Assembly: GCA_045643205.1 (NCBI GenBank)
Contig: JAZUKI010000001.1
Span: 1-55,157, forward strand
From: Clostridia bacterium
GTDB lineage: Bacteria; Bacillota; Clostridia; TANB77; CAG-508
Direction: 5' to 3'
Length of the DNA: 55,157 nt
Part shown: piece after piece, positions 1 through 8,430 of the stretch
Layout of the letters: each line of letters begins with the position of its first letter
Position numbering within the stretch: the stretch's first letter is position 1
Program-made: the position numbers and the translations under genes
The notes under the pieces: model-generated
What the model saw: only the letters and a program-made list of their open reading frames with translations
What the model was told of the DNA's origin: nothing
Database searches by the model: none

Positions 1-26
1 GAGTGTGCTTAGGTACACTAAACATT

Positions 27-142
27 TCTGGTGATGATTTTACTAAGGGAAATACCCGTTCCCATCCCGAACACGGAAGTCAAGCCTTAGTGAGCCGACG
101 ATACTTGTGGGTTACCCTGCTTGGAAAATAGGTATCGCCAGA
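27..142 (+). rRNA. rrf: 5S ribosomal RNA
   Basis: 116 nt; TCTGGTGAT...ATCGCCAGA terminal helix; conserved CCCGTTCCCATCCCGAACACGGAAGTCAAGC core. Confidence 0.96.
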
Positions 143-176
143 TTTTTTTATTTTTTTAACATAACAAACCAAAACT

Positions 177-209
177 AATTAATATGGCAATCCATATTAA
201 TTTTTTTTT
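177..209 (+). terminator. Intrinsic terminator after 5S rRNA
   Basis: AATTAATATGG-caat-CCATATTAATT hairpin followed by T-run. Confidence 0.75.
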
Positions 210-216
210 GCTTTTA

Positions 217-225
217 TGATAGAAT
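217..225 (+). promoter_or_regulatory. Extended -10 promoter for pgeF operon
   Basis: TGaTAGAAT about 65 bp upstream of the ATG. Confidence 0.45.
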
Positions 226-289
226 AATGCTGTATATTAAAAAAATTAATAAATGTTAATTGTATTACAAATAAAAAAGCGAGGATAAA

Positions 290-1111
290 ATGTTAATAAG
301 TAATGATATTTATAAGATTATTAGAACTGATAAAGTAGATTTTTTACAATTTAATAAGCTTTTACAATTTCCAGAATTAACACATTGTTTCACATTAAAA
401 AGACATGCTGTAGGTTTCTTACCTAAGAGACTAGATTATTTACCAGACCATGAAGCATATAAGTTCACTAAAAGATATTTTAATATAATAGATGAGACTT
501 TAATTAGACCTGTTCAAGAGCATACAGATAATTTAATTCTTTATACAGAAAATTATGATAGCGAAAATTTATCAACACCAGCTGATGGTGTTATTACTGA
601 TGATAAATATGTTTGCGCAGTTACAATTGAGGCAGATTGCATTCCAATGATTTTATACGATCCAGTGAAAAAAGTTGTTGCAAATGTTCATTCTGGTTGG
701 AAAGGAACAATAAAAAAGATTGGCGTACAGGCTGCAAAATCAATGATTGAGAACTATGGATGTAATCCAGAAGATATTATTTGTTGCATGGCACCATCAA
801 TTGGAAAGGATCATTTTTTAGTACATGATGATGTAAAACAAATTTATGAAAATACATTTGGAGATTTACTAGAAAAAAATAAATTATTAGAAGATAATAA
901 TATTTCAGATGAAAAAGGTAAACAATATAATATTGATAATCCAGGAATTTATAAAGTATTATTAGAAGAAATCGGATTAAAGCCTGAAAATATTATAGAT
1001 GCTGGGCTTTGCACAATTTGTAATAATGAAGAATTTCATTCAGCAAGATTTGAAGGTACAGGATTTAGAGAAGGCGCTTTAATTACCATGATTAAAAATG
1101 ATGTTAAATAA
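290..1111 (+). CDS. pgeF: Peptidoglycan editing factor / YfiH-like (laccase-domain) protein
   Basis: QEH, ADG, ADC(I)P, HSGWKG, PSI and CTIC..FHS motifs of the YfiH/PgeF family; GAGG RBS. Confidence 0.88.
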   Translation: MLISNDIYKIIRTDKVDFLQFNKLLQFPELTHCFTLKRHAVGFLPKRLDYLPDHEAYKFTKRYFNIIDETLIRPVQEHTDNLILYTENYDSENLSTPADGVITDDKYVCAVTIEADCIPMILYDPVKKVVANVHSGWKGTIKKIGVQAAKSMIENYGCNPEDIICCMAPSIGKDHFLVHDDVKQIYENTFGDLLEKNKLLEDNNISDEKGKQYNIDNPGIYKVLLEEIGLKPENIIDAGLCTICNNEEFHSARFEGTGFREGALITMIKNDVK

Positions 1112-1122
1112 TAGGAGAATTT

Positions 1123-2055
1123 ATGAAATTATTAGCAGATGCTTTAAAACCAGGCGATACAATTGGTTTAGTTTCACCATCAAATGTTTTAGAGAGCGAA
1201 GAAGATTTTGAAATAATTGAAGAATCTATGAAATGGGCAGAATCACAAGGATTCAAGATTCTTAAAGGAAAATATTTTGGAGTTAATGAAACTAAGTATG
1301 GATTAACTGCAATACATAAAGCAGAAGAAATAAATGAAATGTTTGCAAACAAAGATGTAAAAGCAATTATAGCAGTTAAAGGTGGAGAAAATTCTAATGC
1401 ATCATTTGATTATTTAGATTGGGAACTTATAAAAAATAATCCAAAGATATTCATGGGATTTTCAGATACTACTTCACTATTAAATGAGATTAATTTTAAA
1501 ACAGGATTAGTTACATTTTCTGGGCCTACATTCAAAAGATTAAATGAAACTGAATATAATAAAAAATCAGTAATAAATAGATTAATGAACAAAGACTTAA
1601 AACTTGCTAATGACGAGGATTTGCAAGAATGCAAAATATTAAGAGAAGGAACAGCAGAAGGAGAATTAGTTGGTGGGAATCTAACATTAACTTCTGATTT
1701 AATTTTTGGAAAATATAAAGTTGATTTTAAAAATAAAATTTTAGTTATTGAAGATTTAGGTTGGGAAAGTATTCCTGGTATTGTTTCTCACAATTTATAT
1801 AAGATGAGAAGTGAAGGAATTTTTGATGATATAGCTGGTATATGGATTGGAAATTATGAGAGTGATACAAACATTACATTAGAACAAATATTAATGGATA
1901 CAATTGAAGATATTAAATTTGATAAACCAATAATAAAAATAAATAATTTTGGACATGGTGATAAAAACCAAGTAATTCCAATAGGTACAAAGGCTAAGAT
2001 AGATACTTCATCAGAAAAACCATACATATTTTTAAAAGAGAATTGCTTAAATTAA
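1123..2055 (+). CDS. LD-carboxypeptidase (peptidase S66)
   Basis: LKPGDTIGLVSPS, KGG, GFSDTT (catalytic Ser), GGNL, IED, FGH motifs. Confidence 0.9.
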   Translation: MKLLADALKPGDTIGLVSPSNVLESEEDFEIIEESMKWAESQGFKILKGKYFGVNETKYGLTAIHKAEEINEMFANKDVKAIIAVKGGENSNASFDYLDWELIKNNPKIFMGFSDTTSLLNEINFKTGLVTFSGPTFKRLNETEYNKKSVINRLMNKDLKLANDEDLQECKILREGTAEGELVGGNLTLTSDLIFGKYKVDFKNKILVIEDLGWESIPGIVSHNLYKMRSEGIFDDIAGIWIGNYESDTNITLEQILMDTIEDIKFDKPIIKINNFGHGDKNQVIPIGTKAKIDTSSEKPYIFLKENCLN

Positions 2056-2109
2056 TTTTTTTCATTATAATGAAAATGCAAATAAAAATAATTTTAAAAG
2101 GAGAAAAAA

Positions 2110-2430
2110 ATGGATCAAAGAAAAAAAGCAATAGGAATTTTAGCTATAGGATTAGCTTTCATAATTGCTGCAGTAGGTGTATATTATTGTGGATATGTAA
2201 TTGGAAGGGATGCTGCAGAAAGAGAATTAAAAAAGAGTGTTTCAGCAAATGTAGTAGCAAATGAAGCAGCAAACGAAGTAACAAACGAAGCAACTAATGA
2301 AGCAACTAACGAAGATGAAAATGCAGTAATTACAGAGGCTAATGAAGTAGCAAATGATGTTGAAGGTTCAGCTAACGAAACAAATGAAGTAGTTAATGAA
2401 GCTGAAAATACAGTAGTTACAAATGAATAA
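2110..2430 (+). CDS. Small membrane-anchored protein with acidic Asn/Glu repeat tail
   Basis: AAAGGAG RBS; one N-terminal hydrophobic helix; (A/T/V)NE repeats; 3' end overlaps the rdgB start. Confidence 0.75.
   Translation: MDQRKKAIGILAIGLAFIIAAVGVYYCGYVIGRDAAERELKKSVSANVVANEAANEVTNEATNEATNEDENAVITEANEVANDVEGSANETNEVVNEAENTVVTNE
2245..2425 (+). repeat. Degenerate 12-bp coding tandem repeat (xxNE units)
   Basis: gcaaatgaagca gcaaacgaagta acaaacgaagca actaatgaagca actaacgaagat... Confidence 0.7.
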
Positions 2431-3016
2431 TAAAACTATAATTTTAGCAAGTAATAATTCAGGAAAGATTAAAGAAATTAAATCTATATTTAAGAATTAT
2501 GAAGTTATACCTATAAAAGAGGCAGAGCAATTATTAGGAAAAGAATTAATTGTAACAGAAAATCAAGATACTTTTAAGGAAAATGCTCTTGAAAAAGTTA
2601 GAACTTTGTTTGAACAAGTAGGCAATGAATATATTTGCATTGCTGATGATTCGGGTCTTTCAATAGATGCTTTAAACGGTTTTCCGGGTGTTCATACAGC
2701 AAGATGGATGGATGCAGATGATCATATAAAGAATTTAAAACTATTGGAAAAACTTAATAATAATGATGAAAGAAACAGTCATTATACTACAGTTATTGCT
2801 TTAAAAGATTCTAATGAAGAAAGAACTTTTGAATACACATTAGATGGAAAGATTGCGGATAACTGTAGAGGAAATAATGGTTTTGGTTTTGATGAAATAT
2901 TTGAAATAAAAAATGGAAAAACCTTAGCTGAAATTTCTACCGAAGAAAAAATTGCGATAAGTCCTAGGAAAAAAGCATTAGAGAAAATTGAACAATATTT
3001 AAATGAGAAGGAATAA
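2423..3016 (+). CDS. rdgB: Non-canonical purine NTP pyrophosphatase (RdgB/HAM1)
   Basis: ASNNSGK, TFKENA, ADDSGL, GFPGV, GFGFD, ISPR. Confidence 0.92.
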   Translation: MNNKTIILASNNSGKIKEIKSIFKNYEVIPIKEAEQLLGKELIVTENQDTFKENALEKVRTLFEQVGNEYICIADDSGLSIDALNGFPGVHTARWMDADDHIKNLKLLEKLNNNDERNSHYTTVIALKDSNEERTFEYTLDGKIADNCRGNNGFGFDEIFEIKNGKTLAEISTEEKIAISPRKKALEKIEQYLNEKE

Positions 3017-3018
3017 CA

Positions 3019-3576
3019 ATGATTTCTAGTTGGGAAGAACTTTCAGATAGTATTAAAGATTGTAAAAAATGTGGTTTATGTGAAGGCAGAACTAACATTG
3101 TTATAGGAGTAGGTGAGCATAATACAAATATTATGCTTATTGGAGAAGGCCCTGGTGCAGATGAAGATGCTCAGGGTATTCCTTTTGTTGGAAAAGCTGG
3201 ACAACTTATGAATCAAGCGTTTGCAGGATTAGAAATTGATAGAAATAAATTATACATTGCAAATGTAGTTAAATGTAGACCACCACAAAATAGAGTTCCA
3301 ACGAAAGAAGAAGCAAATAGTTGCAAAGAATATTTAGATGCACAAATAAGTTTAATAAAACCTAAAATAATTGTTTTATTAGGTGCAACAGCATTACAAA
3401 ATGTTTTAGGAGAAGAATACAAAATTACTTCCGCAAGAGGAAAATGGATTGAAAAAGATGGAATATCATATTTACCAACTTGGCATCCAGCAGCACTTTT
3501 ACGTGATGAATCTAAAAAAATTCAATTTTGGAATGATTTAAAATTAGTAAGTGAAAAGGAAAAAATAAATGAGTAA
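3019..3576 (+). CDS. Uracil-DNA glycosylase family 4 (Fe-S)
   Basis: CxxC, GEGPG, PFVG, NVVKCRPPxNR, HPAA. Confidence 0.93.
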   Translation: MISSWEELSDSIKDCKKCGLCEGRTNIVIGVGEHNTNIMLIGEGPGADEDAQGIPFVGKAGQLMNQAFAGLEIDRNKLYIANVVKCRPPQNRVPTKEEANSCKEYLDAQISLIKPKIIVLLGATALQNVLGEEYKITSARGKWIEKDGISYLPTWHPAALLRDESKKIQFWNDLKLVSEKEKINE

Positions 3577-4495
3577 TAATAAAACAGTTGCAGTTATTGG
3601 AAGCGGACCATCAAGTATGATTGTTGCAACAACGCTTAATCAAAAAGGAATTAAAGTTAAAATTTTTGAAAAAGAAGATAAACTTGGAGGACTACTTAGA
3701 TATGGGATTCCGGACTTTAGATTAAATAGAAATAATTTAGATAAATCTTTAGAAATGCGTTTGAAAAATATAGAATATCAAACTAATTGTGAATTAGGAA
3801 AAGATATTCATTTAGAAAATTTAAAAGATGAGTATGATGCAATTTATTTAGGTGTAGGTGCAAATGAAGGAATAGTAAATCTAAGTGGTAATAATGTTTT
3901 GAGTGCGAATCAATTATTATTAGATTATAATAGGAGCAACGATACAGAGTTTTATATAAATATGTTTAAAGATAAAACAGTATATGTAAATGGTGGTGGA
4001 AATGTTGCAATGGATGTTTCTAGAACTATTGCTAGATTTGGTGGAAAGGTTGAAATTATTTATAGAAGATCAATAGAAGAAATGCCAGCAAAGGATTCTG
4101 AAATAAAAGATGCAACTGATGATGGAGTTAAAATTAATTTTTTAACTAATATATTAGAAGTTGAAAATGGAAAAATTAAAACGATAAAAACAAAGTTAGT
4201 AAAGAAAGAAAACGAAGATAGATTATCACCTGTAAATATTGATGGAACAGAAGAAGAACTAGATTACGATTATTTAATTTTAGCTATTGGTGCAAAAACA
4301 AATAGAGAACTTCTTATTAATGAAGGATTAGAATTGAATGAAAAAGGTTTTGTAAAAGTTAATGAAAACTGCCAAACAAATTTTGAAAATGTTTTTGCAG
4401 GTGGAGATTTACTTGGTGAAAAAGCAACAATTCAATATGCAACGACTTCTGGAATAAAGGCAGCAAATAATATAATAAAATATTTAGAAAACTAA
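3569..4495 (+). CDS. GltD/NfnB/PreT-like FAD/NAD(P) oxidoreductase lacking the N-terminal Fe-S domain
   Basis: GSGP, GGLLRYGIPDFRL, GGGNVAMD, YRR, FAGGD; the protein starts directly at the dinucleotide-binding fold. Confidence 0.82.
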   Translation: MSNNKTVAVIGSGPSSMIVATTLNQKGIKVKIFEKEDKLGGLLRYGIPDFRLNRNNLDKSLEMRLKNIEYQTNCELGKDIHLENLKDEYDAIYLGVGANEGIVNLSGNNVLSANQLLLDYNRSNDTEFYINMFKDKTVYVNGGGNVAMDVSRTIARFGGKVEIIYRRSIEEMPAKDSEIKDATDDGVKINFLTNILEVENGKIKTIKTKLVKKENEDRLSPVNIDGTEEELDYDYLILAIGAKTNRELLINEGLELNEKGFVKVNENCQTNFENVFAGGDLLGEKATIQYATTSGIKAANNIIKYLEN

Positions 4496-4524
4496 CGAAA
4501 TAGCACTATACAGGAAATAAGAAA

Positions 4525-4556
4525 AAAAGAGTATTACAAATTAGTAATACTCTTTT
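4525..4556 (+). terminator. Intrinsic terminator
   Basis: AAAAGAGTATTAC-aaatta-GTAATACTCTTTT. Confidence 0.8.
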
Positions 4557-4630
4557 AATTATTGTGATATAAACTATTGAAAAATTATATTGTATAATCT
4601 AAACGTGTGAAAGAGTATACTTTAATTTAA

Positions 4631-4728
4631 AACGCAATACTAAAAAATAGAACATTAAAAAACACGATACTAAAAATAAAATACAACATAAAAAATAACA
4701 CACGATATTATAAAACATGATACTAAAG
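4631..4728 (+). repeat. Six degenerate ~15-bp tandem units (consensus AACACRATAYTAAAA)
   Basis: aacgcaatactaaaa, aatagaacattaaaa, aacacgatactaaaa, aatacaacataaaaa, cacacgatattataa, aacatgatactaaag. Confidence 0.6.
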
Positions 4729-4741
4729 AAAAGGAGAAGTA

Positions 4742-5842
4742 ATGTCTGTAATTGATGATGAGTTAAAACAATTTGGAATAGATATTGTTTGCCCACTAAA
4801 AAAGGACAAAGTAAATGCAATTGCTGATTATGTTGCAAAAGCATTGTGCATTAAGTATCCAGAACTAAAACTTGATTATAAGATTTTATATTCTGGAATA
4901 AGTAGATTACCTATGTATATTGCAGACATGCCAAACATAGATTCTGGCGCATGCTATTTCTACAAAACACAAAGCATTTATTTTGGAAAAAATTTAAGTG
5001 AGAAAGAAATAAAGAAAGTTGCAGTTCATGAATGTATACATCATTTTCAAGAAATATCTGACAATAAAGGTGAGATGTTAAGAATGGGATTGTGCACATA
5101 CAGTCACAACAAGGGATATGGACACGCTTTGAATGAGGCTGCAGTTCAAACTATGGCTGCATATGCAACTGATGAGCAATCAGAAGTTGTTACTTATTAT
5201 GGAATAACAATGCCTTCAGACAGTCCTGATTATTATCCAGTAGAGTGCAATTTGTTGAAACAAATATCATACACAACTGGTGCATCAGTATTATATGAAA
5301 GTACTTTCTTTGCAAATGATAAATTTTTTGAAGCACTAAAAGAAATTAATGGAGAAAATAAATCTTTAAAGTTGCAATATAACTTTGAAAAGATGTTATT
5401 ACTAGAAAGCAAGCTTGCAGAGATTTCTGCATATGTTCAAACACATGATTTAAAATATAGAATTTATAAGAAAGCAGTAAAGACTTCTAATAAGTATAAG
5501 AAGAACATTGCAAACTTATTCTTTACTACTCAAAATTCTATTATAAAAACATTTTTTAATTATAAATTTAAAGATATTAAAAATACTTTAGAAATAGAAG
5601 AGTATAGAAAGTTACTATTTAATTATAGAAACTTAATAGGTACAAATGATGAATACTCATTCTTTAATGATTTCTATCTTCAAAAGATGATTGAATTAGA
5701 TGATTTATATAATAAATTAACTGAAAGTCATGCACTTGTTATTGTAAAGAAATCTAAGATTAGTCGTATTTTTGATGCAATTAGAACATTGTTTAATTTG
5801 AACAAAGAAACAGTAGCAAATACAAATGAAGAAGACCTATAA
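4742..5842 (+). CDS. Hypothetical protein, putative HEXXH zinc metallopeptidase
   Basis: AAGGAG RBS; HECIH followed ~30 aa later by LNEAA (gluzincin-like third ligand). Confidence 0.6.
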   Translation: MSVIDDELKQFGIDIVCPLKKDKVNAIADYVAKALCIKYPELKLDYKILYSGISRLPMYIADMPNIDSGACYFYKTQSIYFGKNLSEKEIKKVAVHECIHHFQEISDNKGEMLRMGLCTYSHNKGYGHALNEAAVQTMAAYATDEQSEVVTYYGITMPSDSPDYYPVECNLLKQISYTTGASVLYESTFFANDKFFEALKEINGENKSLKLQYNFEKMLLLESKLAEISAYVQTHDLKYRIYKKAVKTSNKYKKNIANLFFTTQNSIIKTFFNYKFKDIKNTLEIEEYRKLLFNYRNLIGTNDEYSFFNDFYLQKMIELDDLYNKLTESHALVIVKKSKISRIFDAIRTLFNLNKETVANTNEEDL

Positions 5843-5861
5843 AATAGGTAAAAAAGGCTAT

Positions 5862-5892
5862 AAAATCTACACTTTTTGTGTAGATTTTTTTT
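5862..5892 (+). terminator. Intrinsic terminator
   Basis: AAAATCTACAC-ttttt-GTGTAGATTTT plus T-run. Confidence 0.8.
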
Positions 5893-5909
5893 GCCTTGTG
5901 TAGTATAAT
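5881..5909 (+). promoter_or_regulatory. sigma70/SigA promoter of leuS operon
   Basis: TAGATT-17-TATAAT overlapping the upstream terminator. Confidence 0.5.
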
Positions 5910-6021
5910 TATATAGTCTAAAAATTCCTTACAAAAGCCTAGGGAAATAAGAAATTTAGACGTTTTAAATTAGGCTAAAAACACTAAAATTTAAAACTTT
6001 CAGATTTGGAGGGATTGGCGT

Positions 6022-8421
6022 ATGTATAATTTTCAAAAAGCAGAAGAAAAATGGATGAATTATTGGGATAAAAATGAAACATTTAAGACAGATGTTTGGG
6101 ATTTCTCAAAACCTAAATATTATGTACTGGATATGTTCCCTTATCCATCAGGCATTGGTTTACACGCAGGTCACGTAGAAGGTTATACAGCAACAGATGT
6201 TGTTGCAAGATATAAAAGAATGAGAGGATATAATGTTCTTCACCCAATGGGATGGGATGCATTTGGTCTTCCAGCTGAGCAATTTGCAATAAAAACAGGA
6301 AAACATCCTGATGGATTTACTCAAGCTAATATCGAAACATTCAAGGTTCAAATTAGAAATTTAGGCCTTTCTTATGATTGGTCAAAAGAAATTTCTACTT
6401 GTGATCCTAAATATTATAAATGGACACAATGGATTTTCAAACAATTATATAATGATGGTTATGCAAAGATAGTTGAAATGCCAGTTAACTGGTGCGAAGG
6501 ATTAGGAACTGTTTTAGCTAACGATGAAGTAATTGATGGAAAGAGTGAAAGAGGCGGATTCCCTGTTGTTAGAAAAAATATGAAGCAATGGGTTATTGAT
6601 ACACCTAGATTTGCTGAGGATTTATTAGCAGGACTTGATGATCTTGATTGGCCAGAATCAACAAAAGAAATTCAAAGAAATTGGATTGGAAAATCAGTTG
6701 GTGCTGAAGTTGATTTTAGCATTGCTGGAAATGAAGATTTGAAGTTTACTGTTTTTACAACAAGAGCGGATACATTATTTGGCGCTACATATTGTGTTTT
6801 AGCACCTGAACATGATTTAGTTAAAAAGATTACTACACCAGAACAAAAAGATGCTATTGAGCAATATATTAAAGAAGCTGCAGCTAAATCTGATTTGGAA
6901 AGAACAGAATTAAACAAAGAGAAAACAGGAGTATTTACAGGAGCTTATGCTATTAACCCAGTAAATAATAAAGAAATTCCTATTTGGATTTCTGATTATG
7001 TTATGGCAAGCTATGGAACTGGCGCTATTATGGCTGTTCCAGCACATGATGAAAGAGATTATGCATTTGCTACTAAGTTTGGAATTGATATTATTCCAGT
7101 TCTTGAAGGTGGAGATGTTTCTAAAGAGGCATTTGTAGGAGATGGAGTTCATATTAATTCTGGATTCTTAGATGGATTAAACAAAGAAGATGCTATTGAA
7201 AAAATGATTCAATGGCTAGAAGATAAAAAGATTGGACATAAGAAAGTTAATTACAAGATCAGAGATTGGATATTTGCTCGTCAAAGATATTGGGGCGAAC
7301 CAATTCCAATTATTAATATGGAAGATGGAGATCATATTGCATTAGATGATAATGAATTGCCATTAGTACTTCCTAAGTTACAAGATTATGCACCAAGCAA
7401 AAATGGAGATAGCCCACTTGAAAAAGCAACTGATTGGGTTAATGTTGAAGTTAATGGAAAGAAAGGTAAGAGAGAAACAAGCACAATGCCTGGTTCTGCA
7501 GGTTCAAGCTGGTATTTCTTAAGATATTTTGATCCAAATAATGATAATGCATTAGCAGATCCTGAATTAATTAAACACTGGATGCCAGTAGATTTTTATA
7601 TGGGTGGACCAGAACATGCAGTAGGACACTTAATTTATGCGAGAGTTTGGAATAAATATTTATATGATAAAGGAATTGTTTCTGTAAAAGAACCATTCAA
7701 AAAATTAGTTCATCAAGGGATGATTCTTGGTGCTAATGGAATTAAAATGGGTAAGAGATATCCAGAATTTGCAGTTGATCCTAATGATATTGTTAGAGAT
7801 TATGGTGCTGATACAATTAGACTTTATGAAATGTTTATGGGACCAATTGAAGCTAACAAGCCATGGAATGTTGATGGTGTTGAAGGCGCAAAGAGATTCA
7901 TAGATAGAGTTTATAGAATTTTCGAAGAGAAAGAAGTTTCTGAAAAAGAAAATAAAAACTTAGAGAAAGTTTATCACCAAACAGTTAAAAAGGTTACAGA
8001 AGATTTAGATAAAATTCAATTTAATACAGCTATTAGTCAAATTATGATTTTAGTAAATGCAATTTATAAGGAAGAACAAGTTCCACTAGAGTATGCAGAA
8101 GGTTTAATAAAAATGTTAAATCCATTTGCACCATTTGTAACTGAAGAAGTTTGGAATACATTCTTAAAACATGAAGATTCAATTACATATGAACCATGGC
8201 CAGAATTTGATGCTGATAAAGCAATTAGTGATGAAATTACTTTACCAGTTCAAGTAAATGGAAAACTAAGATCAAATGTAATGATTGAAAAGGATGAAGA
8301 AGAAGCATCTGTAAAAGAAAAAGTTCATACAGATGAAAAAGTAAAAGCTTTTATTGATGGAAAAACTATCGTAAAAGAAATTTATGTACCTAATAGAATT
8401 TACAATATAGTTATTAAATAG
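6022..8421 (+). CDS. leuS: Leucine--tRNA ligase
   Basis: MFPYPSG, HAGH (HIGH-like), FTTRADT editing domain, [15 protein letters not shown] (KMSKS-like), C-terminal QVNGKLR. Confidence 0.97.
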   Translation: MYNFQKAEEKWMNYWDKNETFKTDVWDFSKPKYYVLDMFPYPSGIGLHAGHVEGYTATDVVARYKRMRGYNVLHPMGWDAFGLPAEQFAIKTGKHPDGFTQANIETFKVQIRNLGLSYDWSKEISTCDPKYYKWTQWIFKQLYNDGYAKIVEMPVNWCEGLGTVLANDEVIDGKSERGGFPVVRKNMKQWVIDTPRFAEDLLAGLDDLDWPESTKEIQRNWIGKSVGAEVDFSIAGNEDLKFTVFTTRADTLFGATYCVLAPEHDLVKKITTPEQKDAIEQYIKEAAAKSDLERTELNKEKTGVFTGAYAINPVNNKEIPIWISDYVMASYGTGAIMAVPAHDERDYAFATKFGIDIIPVLEGGDVSKEAFVGDGVHINSGFLDGLNKEDAIEKMIQWLEDKKIGHKKVNYKIRDWIFARQRYWGEPIPIINMEDGDHIALDDNELPLVLPKLQDYAPSKNGDSPLEKATDWVNVEVNGKKGKRETSTMPGSAGSSWYFLRYFDPNNDNALADPELIKHWMPVDFYMGGPEHAVGHLIYARVWNKYLYDKGIVSVKEPFKKLVHQGMILGANGIKMGKRYPEFAVDPNDIVRDYGADTIRLYEMFMGPIEANKPWNVDGVEGAKRFIDRVYRIFEEKEVSEKENKNLEKVYHQTVKKVTEDLDKIQFNTAISQIMILVNAIYKEEQVPLEYAEGLIKMLNPFAPFVTEEVWNTFLKHEDSITYEPWPEFDADKAISDEITLPVQVNGKLRSNVMIEKDEEEASVKEKVHTDEKVKAFIDGKTIVKEIYVPNRIYNIVIK

Positions 8422-8430
8422 AGGAGATTT

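Noticed and set aside
4631-4728. Possible CRISPR array (also the repeats at 44883 and 41603)
   Set aside because: Units are 15-19 bp, degenerate and adjacent, with no unique spacers and no cas genes.
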